In this document: positions 55,202 to 64,000 of the stretch, in pieces | How the letters are laid out: every line of letters starts with the position of its first letter | How positions within the stretch are numbered: position 1 is the first letter of the stretch | Assembly (NCBI GenBank): GCA_024654525.1 | Contig: JANLHI010000021.1 | Coordinates: forward strand, 1,969 to 65,968 | Origin: Patescibacteria group bacterium | GTDB lineage: Bacteria > Patescibacteriota > Minisyncoccia > UBA6257 > 2-01-FULL-56-20 | Direction: 5' to 3' | Length of the DNA stretch: 64,000 nt | Notes under the pieces: generated by a model | Seen by the model: the letters and a program-made list of their open reading frames with translations, nothing else | What the model was told of the DNA's origin: nothing | Database searches by the model: none | Made by a program: the position numbers and the translations under genes

Positions 55202-57343
55202 TTACTTCCTTTTCCCTTCCACAATTTGCTGTTCAATATTCTTGGGAGCCGGTTCGTAATGTGAAAATTCCATCGTAAATGATCCACGCCCCTGCGTCAT
55301 AGAGCGTAATTCGGTTGCATATCCAAACATTTCCGCGAGGGGCACCTGTGCATCGATAACTTTGACCGCCGCGCGATCACCAAGATTCTCAATCTTTCCG
55401 CGTTTTGAGTTTATATTTCCCGTTACCTCGCCAAGAAAATCCTGTGGCACGATAACCTGAAGTTTCATAATGGGCTCCAATATCACGGGATTTGCACGCT
55501 TCGCCGCATCTTGAAACGCCATAGAACCGGCAATTTTAAACGCCGATTCCGATGAATCCACTTCGTGGAACGAACCATCATACAATGTCACTTCTAAATC
55601 GGTCATCGTGTAATGTGCGACAACACCCTTATCAAGTGCTTCACGCACTCCTTTTTCCACCGCCGGAATAAACTCTCTGGGGATTGCACCTCCTTTAATC
55701 GCATCAGTGAAAATAAATCCTTGTCCCCGTTCAAGAGACTTCACTTTTAATTTGACGTGTCCATATTGACCCCTACCTCCGGACTGACGAATGTATTTTC
55801 CCTCCGCTTCCGCCTCTCCCGAAATAGTTTCACGATATGCCACCTGTGGTCTTCCCACCGATGCTTCCACGCCAAATTCTCGCTTCATACGATCCACAAT
55901 AATCTCAAGGTGAAGTTCACCCATACCGGAAATAATAGTCTCACCGGTTTCTATGTCTCCCGCAACTCGAAATGTAGGATCCTCTTCAGCAAGCCGGTGG
56001 AGCGCCACACCCATTTTTTCCTGGTCCGCTTTCGTTTTGGGTTCGATGCGAATACCAATAACAGGTTCCGGAAAGATAATTCTTTCGAGAATAATGGGTT
56101 TTTCAGGAACACATAACGTATCCCCTGTCGTAGTGTTTTTGAGTCCTACAATTGCGGCAATTTCTCCCGAAAACACTTCTTCAACTTCTTCTCGCTGGTT
56201 TGCATGCATTCGCACAATACGCCCAATACGCTCCTGCGTTCCTTTCGTCGCATTCATAATATACGAACCTCGCTTCATCACTCCCGCGTAATTACGGAAA
56301 TAAGTGAGTGAACCGACATACGGATCCGCAGCGATTTTAAACGCAAGGCCCGCAAACGGCTCTTCGTCGTTAGGATGACGAACGATTTCTTCGTTCGTTA
56401 CCATATCATGCCCATTTACTGGAGGAAGATCCGACGGCGAAGGAAGGAAATCCGCCACCGCATCAAGCACAAATTGTACTCCCTTATTTTTAAGCGCAGA
56501 GCCGCACATTATCGGAATTATTTTATTCGCGATAACCGCCTGACGTAATACTCGCTTTAAATCACTCAAAGGGATTTCTTTCCCCTCGAGATAGCTGGAC
56601 ATAAGCACATCGTCCGCTTCAACAATTTTTTCAATCAACTCATGACGACGTGTCGCAACTTCTTCTTTCATATCATCAGGAATTGGAATTTCTACAATGT
56701 TTTCACCATGCTCTCCATTAAACTCAAACGCAGTATTACGCAAAAGATCCACAAGGCCTCGATGCGCGCTCTCGAGTCCTATGGGCAACTGAATGGGAAT
56801 CGCATTTTGTGTAAGACGTTCCCGAATCGAATTCAAACTATCCCAAAAACTTGCACCCATCCGGTCGAGCTTATTAATAAAACAAATCCTTGGCACATGA
56901 TATTCATCCGCATAATGCCAGTTGGTTTCGGTTTGCGGTTCCACACCCGCGACTCCGTCAAACACTACTACCGCACCATCCAACACGCGCAAGGAACGTT
57001 TCACCTCGACGGTAAAATCAATATGTCCCGGCGTATCGATAAGGTTTATGTGATATTCATGTTTCTTTCTGTCTGTAGTTTGAGCATGATCAATGTACGT
57101 GGGAACCCAAAACGTAGTAGTTGCCGCCGAAGTAATGGTGATGCCGCGTTCCCTCTCTTGATCCATCCAGTCCATTACGGTGTCTCCCGTGTGCACTTCA
57201 CCAATTTTATGCGAGACTCCCGTATAAAAAAGAATCCGTTCGGAAACGGTTGTTTTTCCGGCATCAATATGCGCAACAATACCTATGTTGCGAATTTTTT
57301 CGATTGGATATTTTCGGGACATAACAAGTTCAAAACTTATCAA
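55202..57343 (-). CDS. fusA: Elongation factor G
   Basis: [17 protein letters not shown] and NKLD GTPase motifs; 713 aa. Confidence 0.95.
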   Translation of the reverse strand: MISFELVMSRKYPIEKIRNIGIVAHIDAGKTTVSERILFYTGVSHKIGEVHTGDTVMDWMDQERERGITITSAATTTFWVPTYIDHAQTTDRKKHEYHINLIDTPGHIDFTVEVKRSLRVLDGAVVVFDGVAGVEPQTETNWHYADEYHVPRICFINKLDRMGASFWDSLNSIRERLTQNAIPIQLPIGLESAHRGLVDLLRNTAFEFNGEHGENIVEIPIPDDMKEEVATRRHELIEKIVEADDVLMSSYLEGKEIPLSDLKRVLRQAVIANKIIPIMCGSALKNKGVQFVLDAVADFLPSPSDLPPVNGHDMVTNEEIVRHPNDEEPFAGLAFKIAADPYVGSLTYFRNYAGVMKRGSYIMNATKGTQERIGRIVRMHANQREEVEEVFSGEIAAIVGLKNTTTGDTLCVPEKPIILERIIFPEPVIGIRIEPKTKADQEKMGVALHRLAEEDPTFRVAGDIETGETIISGMGELHLEIIVDRMKREFGVEASVGRPQVAYRETISGEAEAEGKYIRQSGGRGQYGHVKLKVKSLERGQGFIFTDAIKGGAIPREFIPAVEKGVREALDKGVVAHYTMTDLEVTLYDGSFHEVDSSESAFKIAGSMAFQDAAKRANPVILEPIMKLQVIVPQDFLGEVTGNINSKRGKIENLGDRAAVKVIDAQVPLAEMFGYATELRSMTQGRGSFTMEFSHYEPAPKNIEQQIVEGKRK

Positions 57344-57346
57344 AGA

Positions 57347-57814
57347 TTATCGTGCAAAGTGCGCAAATGCACGATTCGCCTCCGCCATACGGTGCATGTC
57401 CTGTTTTTTCTTAATCGCTGCGCCTTCATTCTTCGATGCCGCAATAAGTTCTTCGGCGAGTTTTTCCGACATTGCTTTCCCACTCTTACCACGCGCCGCA
57501 GAAACAATCCATCGTACCGCAAGCACAAACCTCCTGTCGGGACGCACTTCTTGCGGCACCTGATAATTGGCACCTCCTACGCGTCGTGACCGCACTTCAA
57601 GCGCGGGCGATGCCTGTTCAAGGGCTTTTTCAAAAACTTTTATCGGATCTTCTCCCGTTATCTTCTTTACCGATTCGAACGCACCATACACCACCTTCTC
57701 GGCAGTCGCCTTCTTCCCGTCACGCATGACATAATTCACAAAACGCGATACATCAATCCGACTATATTTCAAATCTGGCGTGTAATATTTTTTATAGACT
57801 CGTTTTTTTCTCAT
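57347..57814 (-). CDS. rpsG: 30S ribosomal protein S7
   Basis: Start set at MRKKRVYKK; conserved S7 sequence. Confidence 0.85.
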   Translation of the reverse strand: MRKKRVYKKYYTPDLKYSRIDVSRFVNYVMRDGKKATAEKVVYGAFESVKKITGEDPIKVFEKALEQASPALEVRSRRVGGANYQVPQEVRPDRRFVLAVRWIVSAARGKSGKAMSEKLAEELIAASKNEGAAIKKKQDMHRMAEANRAFAHFAR

Positions 57815-57818
57815 TGTG

Positions 57819-58235
57819 TTATTTTGCTTTTGCTCGCTTTGCACCATACTTTGACCGTTGCTGTTTTCTGCTGTCCACTCCGGTCGTATCCAGTACGCCA
57901 CGCACAATGTGATATCGCACACCCGGAAGGTCTTTTACGCGTCCTCCCCGTATCACCACAATCGAGTGTTCCTGAAGATTGTGTCCTTCTCCCGGAATAT
58001 ATGCCGTAACTTCCATACCGTTCGTAAGGCGCACACGTGCCACTTTTCTCAATGCGGAGTTCGGCTTCTTCGGAGTAGTGGTAAACACCTTCACGCATAC
58101 ACCCCTCTTAAATGGAGAGGATGAATCCACCGGACGGTTCTGAATCGTGTTGAAATAATACGACAAAGCCGGCGATTTTGTTTTCGTCTTAAGTGGCTTT
58201 CTGCCGTGTTTAATAAGTTGACTGATTGTGGGCAT
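57819..58235 (-). CDS. rpsL: 30S ribosomal protein S12 (with an insertion of about 13 aa near the N-terminus)
   Basis: [13 protein letters not shown]...[10 protein letters not shown]...; extra segment [16 protein letters not shown] before the conserved PFKRGVC. Confidence 0.9.
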   Translation of the reverse strand: MPTISQLIKHGRKPLKTKTKSPALSYYFNTIQNRPVDSSSPFKRGVCVKVFTTTPKKPNSALRKVARVRLTNGMEVTAYIPGEGHNLQEHSIVVIRGGRVKDLPGVRYHIVRGVLDTTGVDSRKQQRSKYGAKRAKAK

Positions 58236-58340
58236 CTGAAAATAGTGAGGGATGAAGCAAGTGATAGCACATAACCCTCGGTAACTTTCCTCTCGCGCTT
58301 TCCACTTATCACTTCACACTTGACGCTATGGTTTATACAT

Positions 58341-58368
58341 TATAAAACGCCCTCACGCAAGTGTGAGG
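58341..58368 (-). terminator. Intrinsic terminator downstream of the M50 protease gene, upstream of the rpsL promoter region
   Basis: Minus-strand hairpin GCCTCACACTTGCGTGAGGGC followed by GTTTTAT. Confidence 0.5.
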
Positions 58369-58544
58369 CATTTCTCATTCTATAGAAAATCACCGAAGTG
58401 TCAATTTTCCCCTTTCGCATATTGACTCCCTACTCAATTTTCAAAAAGTGCGTGTCCTCGTGATTCCCCCAAACCCTATCTATTGAGATGGGAAAACTTC
58501 AAGTCTGAACGATTTGGTTTCAAAGAAAAAGCAGGGGTCTTGTC

Positions 58545-59177
58545 TTATATCCGCAATCCTGTAAATAATGCGAAGAGCGCCCTCATAATAGGAATGAGAA
58601 GCTCAAACCCAAAGAAAATGAACACTAAAAGAAGGATGAGCCCGTTTCGCTCTAGGAAAGAAATAACTGCGGCGCCCTGCGCGGTACGCGGAAGAATCGC
58701 ATAAAGAATTTTTGAACCATCCAGCGGCGGAAGCGGTACAAGGTTAAATATCGCAAGAAGGATGTTAATCTGCACAATAATACCGAAAAAAAGGATGAGC
58801 GGAGAAGCAGGATCCAATGCAACCGCAAATCGGAGGAATGCACCGAACACAACCGCAAGCGCAATATTTGATAAGGGTCCCGCAAGCGCAATTTTTGCCG
58901 CAGCGACAATGGGATTTTTCAGATTCCAAGGGTTATACGGCACGGGCTTCGCCCAACCAATAACAAATGTTCCTCCAGATATAAACCATAACGCCACAGG
59001 AAGAAGGATGGAACCAATCGGGTCTATATGAGGAATCGGATTTAATGTAAGTCGCCCCAAAAGTCGCGCGGTAGGATCACCAAGCTTGTCTGCCATCACT
59101 CCATGCGAGACTTCGTGAATTACCACGGAAAACAAAAGCGCAACGAGTTGAAAGAGTATCAGAGATATACCATCCAT
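58545..59177 (-). CDS. Site-2 protease family (M50) zinc metalloprotease
   Basis: HEVSHG (HExxH) and NLVPLPPLDGSK (LDG motif); polytopic membrane protein. Confidence 0.75.
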   Translation of the reverse strand: MDGISLILFQLVALLFSVVIHEVSHGVMADKLGDPTARLLGRLTLNPIPHIDPIGSILLPVALWFISGGTFVIGWAKPVPYNPWNLKNPIVAAAKIALAGPLSNIALAVVFGAFLRFAVALDPASPLILFFGIIVQINILLAIFNLVPLPPLDGSKILYAILPRTAQGAAVISFLERNGLILLLVFIFFGFELLIPIMRALFALFTGLRI

Positions 59178-59306
59178 AACTTTTATAGTATAACCGATTA
59201 TACCGTAAAACGATGCGTGGCGTCCGATTTACGATTTGTCATTTAAGATTTAAGATTTAAGATACGGTAGGTAGGAAATACGCATAATGCCACCTACCAA
59301 TAACTT

Positions 59307-59381
59307 GCCCTCGTGGTGAAATGGATATCATACTTGGCTTCGAACCAAGAGGTCCGGGTTCAATTCCTGGCGAGGGCACCA
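59307..59381 (+). tRNA. tRNA-Arg (anticodon UCG), CCA encoded
   Basis: GCCCTCGTGGTGAAATGGATATCATACTTGGCTTCGAACCAAGAGGTCCGGGTTCAATTCCTGGCGAGGGCACCA. Anticodon loop CTTCGAA, T-loop GGTTCAATTCC. Confidence 0.85.
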
Positions 59382-59410
59382 ATATCTGACTTTTAAACTT
59401 CACAATGATT

Positions 59411-61768
59411 TTATAAACCAATTTTTGACCAATTAAACAAAATACCAGGGTCTTCTTTTGTTCCCGCAGAATATTCGTCATGACCAATAATATGTTGCCG
59501 GTCAATTTTTATATCATGTCGCTGATAAATCCCCAGCAAAAGAGAATTGAGTGCTGTATATTGTTTGTCAGTATATCCGATATCATCCTTTGGTATTGAA
59601 CGATATATTTCTGAAGAAATGTATTGCTTCATTTCTTCCTCTGTCCCAATAGCTAAAATTTCTATTCCAATAGAATGGCGGTTAAGTTTATCTTTGTACT
59701 GTGGATAATCGGTAAGACTGCCCTTTCCCGCATGATACGCATTTCTATTTTCATCTACAAGATTAAATATTGTGCCATCGCGTGCAATAAGATAGTGAGC
59801 TGAAACTCCATACTGCTTGAAAATATTTATTACATCTTCCGGAATATACGGATTGGTTGATTTCGCTATGACATTGCTAGAAAAATGAATTACCACGTGC
59901 GTTATGTCGTCGACTTCTGAATGTACTTCTGAATTTGAAAGCGGAAGAAGATGGTCGATTACTTTTGGTGGTAATGACTGCGGCTTTGGTTCAACAAAAA
60001 TATTCTTTACCGAAGACGCTTCCTCATCGAGGTAAATGTATTTACTCACATTCGTAGCGGGAACATGTGGTTCTAATTTAATTCCCAGCACATCCTTATA
60101 AACCTTTGAGAGGGTATACATCCATTCGTCCGCTCTGTATCCGACATAAAGTAAATGAAAAGCGTTGAGATCTTTTTTTGCCGCATTTAAATAAATATCT
60201 CTTTTTATTCCTTGTGCAAATTGACGAAAACCGTCTCTCAAATCTTTGTATTTTCTATTGCGTGTGCTGTCCGCATCGTAAAGAGGCAAACCATTTTTCA
60301 TGAGAACATTTTGCCAATGATATGCCATCGGGTTGTTATACCATCTCGGGAATGAACAACATCCGAAACCGCTTTCTGATGCAATAATTCCAGTTAAGAA
60401 AAGTGGATGAATTGAATACTCTTTTGCCACATCCACAATTAATTTTGCCATCAGATTCGGACTTATAATTTCTTGTTCATCAATCTTTATCTGAAAATAA
60501 ATTGAATTTGAATAATAATCATTTATGAATTGACCTAAACGATTTACGAATTCATCACTATAAGGATTTATTTTTAGAGGGCTATCATAATGTGCGGTTT
60601 CATATTTATAAAATTTTCTGGTTGATGTATTGACTGAAGTCTGATTTGCAACATCCTCTAATTTTTTAGCCGGGCGGATACATCTGAAACCAACATCGTA
60701 ATTGTAATTACTCGGTGCCATAAAACTTCTTTTGCTCACACGAAGATATTCGGGACTAATACTGCCCCACGATCCTCCGCGCACAACTTTTGTTCTGCCA
60801 GTTTCCGAACCCGTTGGATTATTTTTGGCAATTGCCGAGTAATAATTTTTGTCGTACCAATCATTTGTCCATTGCCACACATTTCCGCTCATTCCATAAA
60901 GTCCGTAGTTATTCGGTTTTGTATCTTTGGCTTTAGCCAATCTCCACCATTCACCAATCATCAATCCTCTTTCATCATCATAATTAGCCAAGGAAGGATC
61001 GAATTCATTCCCCCAAGGAAATTTTTTGCCCTCAAGCCCGCCACGAGCCGCATATTCAAATTCCGCTTCAGTGGGCAACCTGTAACCATCGGCTGAACTA
61101 TTTAAATCCCAAAGAGGATAGCCCCAAGCGTCTAATTTTTCGGATAATTTATATGCAGGCCGAAGTCCTTCTTTCTCACTTCTCCAATTACAATAATCTA
61201 CCGCGTGATACCAATTTATTCCCGAAACAGGGTTTTCCGGTTTATTGTAGGTATCATATTCCCAGTATCTCGATTTAGTACCGCCGTCATTTATATATTT
61301 TATAAAATCTTCGTAGGTGATAGGAGTTTCGTCCATATAAAACGATTCCATGGCAACAAAGTGTTCGGGTTTTTCATCAGGGAAATTACTACTGTCATCA
61401 CCCATGGTAAATTTACCTTCCGGAACCAAAACCATTGTTTTGGTTCCTTGTAAAGTTTTTGGTAATTCTGTTGCTTTTGTTTCGGAAATATTTTTCTCCG
61501 CCACCTGCTCGTCTATATATTTATTTGATGAAGAAAAGTAAGAAAAAGTAGCAATACCAAAAATACAAACAAAAAACAGTAGCAAAATAATTTTTAATTT
61601 TCTCGACGTCATATTTGCCAATAATAGCATTTTTTTTCTTATAGATAGGTAATGTCTATGCATTGTGAATTTTAAAAATTTTCTCGCCAAAAATACAAAA
61701 AAAAGAATCCCGCCAACATTCGTTCCCCAGCACATACTACTCAAGGCGCGAGATTTCCTTTTCTGCAC
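59411..61768 (-). CDS. Multidomain envelope protein: N-terminal TM, formylglycine-generating-enzyme (FGE-sulfatase/SUMF1-like) domain, unknown middle region, C-terminal N-acetylmuramoyl-L-alanine amidase (Amidase_2/PGRP)
   Basis: FGE-like motifs (RGGSWGSISPEYLRVSKR...DVGFRCI). Amidase_2 C-terminus (NRNAYHAGKG...HSIGIEI...IIGHDEYSAGTKEDPG). The exact start is uncertain because there are several candidate Mets. Confidence 0.6.
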   Translation of the reverse strand: MQKRKSRALSSMCWGTNVGGILFFVFLARKFLKFTMHRHYLSIRKKMLLLANMTSRKLKIILLLFFVCIFGIATFSYFSSSNKYIDEQVAEKNISETKATELPKTLQGTKTMVLVPEGKFTMGDDSSNFPDEKPEHFVAMESFYMDETPITYEDFIKYINDGGTKSRYWEYDTYNKPENPVSGINWYHAVDYCNWRSEKEGLRPAYKLSEKLDAWGYPLWDLNSSADGYRLPTEAEFEYAARGGLEGKKFPWGNEFDPSLANYDDERGLMIGEWWRLAKAKDTKPNNYGLYGMSGNVWQWTNDWYDKNYYSAIAKNNPTGSETGRTKVVRGGSWGSISPEYLRVSKRSFMAPSNYNYDVGFRCIRPAKKLEDVANQTSVNTSTRKFYKYETAHYDSPLKINPYSDEFVNRLGQFINDYYSNSIYFQIKIDEQEIISPNLMAKLIVDVAKEYSIHPLFLTGIIASESGFGCCSFPRWYNNPMAYHWQNVLMKNGLPLYDADSTRNRKYKDLRDGFRQFAQGIKRDIYLNAAKKDLNAFHLLYVGYRADEWMYTLSKVYKDVLGIKLEPHVPATNVSKYIYLDEEASSVKNIFVEPKPQSLPPKVIDHLLPLSNSEVHSEVDDITHVVIHFSSNVIAKSTNPYIPEDVINIFKQYGVSAHYLIARDGTIFNLVDENRNAYHAGKGSLTDYPQYKDKLNRHSIGIEILAIGTEEEMKQYISSEIYRSIPKDDIGYTDKQYTALNSLLLGIYQRHDIKIDRQHIIGHDEYSAGTKEDPGILFNWSKIGL

Positions 61769-61918
61769 AAGGTCTCGGCAAAGAGGGAATATGGTCGCGT
61801 AGATACTGTATATCCGCCGTAGGAATGAACGAAAGGAAATCCCTCGCCTACGTCAGCTATCAAGACCGCGAAGAAAGAGCAACTGAAAATCAATCTCGGA
61901 TAACAGATCGGTGAAGCT

Positions 61919-62833
61919 TTACTTAAAAGATTTCAATGCGTCTGCATAACCTCTAGAAATATTTTCCGCAATTTTTTGTTTATTTCTAGAAAGTAAACCC
62001 GCGAGGTTGTCCTTATCAGGGGCGATAATCATTATCCTGTATTTGCCATTATCTCCTTCATGGCTCCAAATAAAATCATAAATTTCATTCACTTTTGAAA
62101 ATCTCTCAAAGAGACTATCTTTTGATTTTTTTGGCCAATCCTTAAAATAATTCCAACTTAAATTGTTATAGACAAATTTGCTTGGTTTTCTTCTGAATTT
62201 CCTGGAACGAGTCAAAATTACTACAATATCAGTGCACCCAAGATTTATTGCTTCTAATATGGGAGTGGGATTAACTACGCCTCCATCTATGTATTTTTCC
62301 CCATCTATAAGAATTTTTTTATTTGATATCGCCGGAATAGTTGCCGAAGTCTTAATAAGATTCATAATCTCTTTTGGATATTTTTTGGATTCAAAAAATA
62401 TTTCTTTAGCACTAGGATAATGTATCATTGAAAAGATAAGATTGGCGGCGGAGTTGATTACCGCAGCTGCATCCAAAGCCGTGTTACCTTGAGTAAATAA
62501 TTTGATTAAATATTCAACATCTAGAATTTCTTTCAAACGAAAGAAATTAATAAATTCACTATTCGTTAAATAGTCAGTGTATATTTCGGTAGCTAATTTT
62601 GACTGATGAGCCATGAAATATGCCCCATTTATGGCTCCCGCCGATGAACCAAATACATAGTCGAATGAATTATTAAAACCCATCTCTTCAAGAGAGAGAA
62701 GACTACCCATTGAGTAAGAGGCTCTCATTCCACCTCCTTGGATAACGAGAGCAGTTTTTACGTCATTATTTTCTTTTTCTCTAGCTTTTCTTTTAAGATT
62801 CGATTTTATTATCTGATGTATCGGATCGCTCAT
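61919..62833 (-). CDS. Patatin-like phospholipase
   Basis: Oxyanion GGGMRASYSMG, nucleophile elbow GSSAG, catalytic Asp in DGG (IDGGVVNP). Confidence 0.8.
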   Translation of the reverse strand: MSDPIHQIIKSNLKRKAREKENNDVKTALVIQGGGMRASYSMGSLLSLEEMGFNNSFDYVFGSSAGAINGAYFMAHQSKLATEIYTDYLTNSEFINFFRLKEILDVEYLIKLFTQGNTALDAAAVINSAANLIFSMIHYPSAKEIFFESKKYPKEIMNLIKTSATIPAISNKKILIDGEKYIDGGVVNPTPILEAINLGCTDIVVILTRSRKFRRKPSKFVYNNLSWNYFKDWPKKSKDSLFERFSKVNEIYDFIWSHEGDNGKYRIMIIAPDKDNLAGLLSRNKQKIAENISRGYADALKSFK

Positions 62834-62971
62834 TTCAACATTGTATCATCTGCGGTTAATTATATACGTGCTGAATACAGATATATAAATATAGCAAGTC
62901 ATGTTACGCGGCATCGCCGGCGTTTCTAGAAACCCGTGATAAAATTACGGAGTGATTTTATTTTACGAACG

Positions 62972-64000
62972 ATGATGAAACTCCCCCCTCTACACACCTA
63001 TATTGCTATACTCGCTCTTCTTGCGATACCTCTCTTTCTTTACTCATCGGCGCTACCCAATGCATTCGTATGGGACGACGAAGAACAAGTGGTAAACAAT
63101 CCCGCCATTCAAGACATTCACAACCTCCCTTTAATTTTTACCGGAAGCACGTTCTCGACCGGAGGAGGAGGACTCGCAGGAAGCTTTTATCGCCCACTCG
63201 TTACCGCATCATATCTCCTCTCATACCAGCTCTGGGGAACCGACCCGTGGGGATATCACCTCCTCCAAATTCTGCTCCATACAATAAACACGGTTCTTGT
63301 ATTTTGGATTCTCCGATATCTTTTTTTAGTAGATGCGAAATCCGAGGATAACCACGCAACTAACGTATGGCTCGCATTCTTTCTTGCAATTATATTTGCC
63401 ATCCACCCTACGCACGTGGAATCGGTTGCGTATGTGGGAAGTATCGGAGACGTACTTGCGGGATTTTTTGCACTCGCATCCTTCGCACTTCTTCTTAAAG
63501 GCGTGCGTGAACATCGCATTCAATCGCACTTTCTTTGGGGAAGTATCGCGGTAGGAGCAATAGGACTCTTTGCAAAAGAAAATGCCGCAATGATATTCCC
63601 GATTGCGTTATCGTATTTATTCTTTTTCTCCCATTCATCCAAAAAAACACTTACGTCATATTTCACCGGCACGGTAATTGCTGTGGCAATGTACCTTATG
63701 GCAAGACTACTACTAGCTCGCATTTCCTTTGGAGGCGCGCCACTCTCCCCGATTGCAGAAGCAGGATTTAGCGAACGACTCCTTACCATACCACTGGAGT
63801 TGGTACGCTATATGACTCTATTTTTCTTTCCCACATATCTTTCCGTATCTCAACATTTTGTTGTATCTTCACTATTCACCGCCGAATTTTTGATTCCCGT
63901 TACACTTCTTGTTTTTATAGGACTTCTTGCGTGGCGGTTGAGGGAAATATTCGTCGATATGGAAAAAAGGATTTTTTTCTTCGGCATTGCATGGTTACTC
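62972..64000 (+). CDS. GT39/PMT_2 (TMTC/ArnT-like) membrane glycosyltransferase; 3' end runs off the window and is not in the ORF track
   Basis: Open frame from ATG at about 62972 to the window end with no stop. N-terminal FVWDDEEQVVNNP motif and multiple TM helices (about 343 aa visible). Confidence 0.5.
   Translation, partial: MMKLPPLHTYIAILALLAIPLFLYSSALPNAFVWDDEEQVVNNPAIQDIHNLPLIFTGSTFSTGGGGLAGSFYRPLVTASYLLSYQLWGTDPWGYHLLQILLHTINTVLVFWILRYLFLVDAKSEDNHATNVWLAFFLAIIFAIHPTHVESVAYVGSIGDVLAGFFALASFALLLKGVREHRIQSHFLWGSIAVGAIGLFAKENAAMIFPIALSYLFFFSHSSKKTLTSYFTGTVIAVAMYLMARLLLARISFGGAPLSPIAEAGFSERLLTIPLELVRYMTLFFFPTYLSVSQHFVVSSLFTAEFLIPVTLLVFIGLLAWRLREIFVDMEKRIFFFGIAWLL

Noticed and set aside
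56642-57589. Plus-strand ORF of 315 aa inside fusA/rpsG
   Set aside because: Antisense to EF-G and S7, which are unambiguous.
59257-59505. Minus-strand ORF of 82 aa overlapping tRNA-Arg
   Set aside because: Overlaps a clear tRNA cloverleaf; no coding signal.

Overview
This 64-kb window reads as a fragment of a small-genome, Candidate Phyla Radiation (Patescibacteria)-like bacterium, at roughly 45% GC by eye. Most of the minus strand encodes housekeeping genes. From 40.9 to 50.2 kb there is a long S10/spc ribosomal-protein operon in the order rpsJ-rplC-rplD-rplW-rplB-rpsS-rplV-rpsC-rplP-rpmC-rpsQ-rplN-rplX-rplE-rpsZ-rpsH-rplF-rplR-rpsE-rplO, with no L30 gene between S5 and L15. It is followed by secY, two tandem adk genes, map, a GT2 glycosyltransferase, greA and lysS, and is preceded by tuf. 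A str operon (rpsL-rpsG-fusA) lies at 55.2 to 58.2 kb, separated from tuf by a 3.7-kb insertion. Other housekeeping genes are ftsE and ftsX, prfB with its canonical +1 programmed frameshift at CTT TGA C (so UGA is a stop here), an L-asparaginase, an intein-containing dnaE, two tRNAs (Thr-CGT and Arg-TCG), an M50 site-2-protease-like gene, a patatin-like phospholipase and a formylglycine-generating-enzyme/amidase fusion. Accessory content: (1) a vitamin B12 locus (0 to 7.3 kb), with a candidate cobalamin riboswitch in front of a secreted transcobalamin-like protein (alpha/alpha-toroid repeats plus a DUF4430-like domain), a small membrane permease candidate, cobO and a class II B12-dependent ribonucleotide reductase; (2) a copper-homeostasis operon (csoR with its operator palindrome, a Met/His-rich SHOCT protein, a DUF302 protein, a hypothetical protein, copA, an ArsR-family regulator); (3) an extracytoplasmic thiol-disulfide cluster (two Trx-like paralogs, a DsbB/BdbC-like protein, CcdA, DUF1573); (4) a defence island (22.0 to 29.3 kb) holding a Type III R-M system (mod, res) next to an unusual cassette: a HigB toxin, a HigA-HTH fused to an ImmA/IrrE metallopeptidase, a translationally coupled uncharacterised 371-aa protein, and a convergent PD-(D/E)xK-motif protein whose 3' end overlaps the preceding gene by 68 nt. 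This cassette is the best candidate for an undescribed system. The island is bracketed by GC-rich noncoding elements that share short motifs, including a 20-bp perfect palindrome (CCTGCCTGCCGGCAGGCAGG) that recurs inside the S10 operon spacer, and it abuts tRNA-Thr. No CRISPR array, integrase or transposase was seen. Many of the listed ORFs that are antisense to these genes are judged spurious. At one point (around 26340) my position count from the printed sequence disagrees by 1 nt with the supplied ORF track, so coordinates of features that are not ORFs may be off by about 1 nt.
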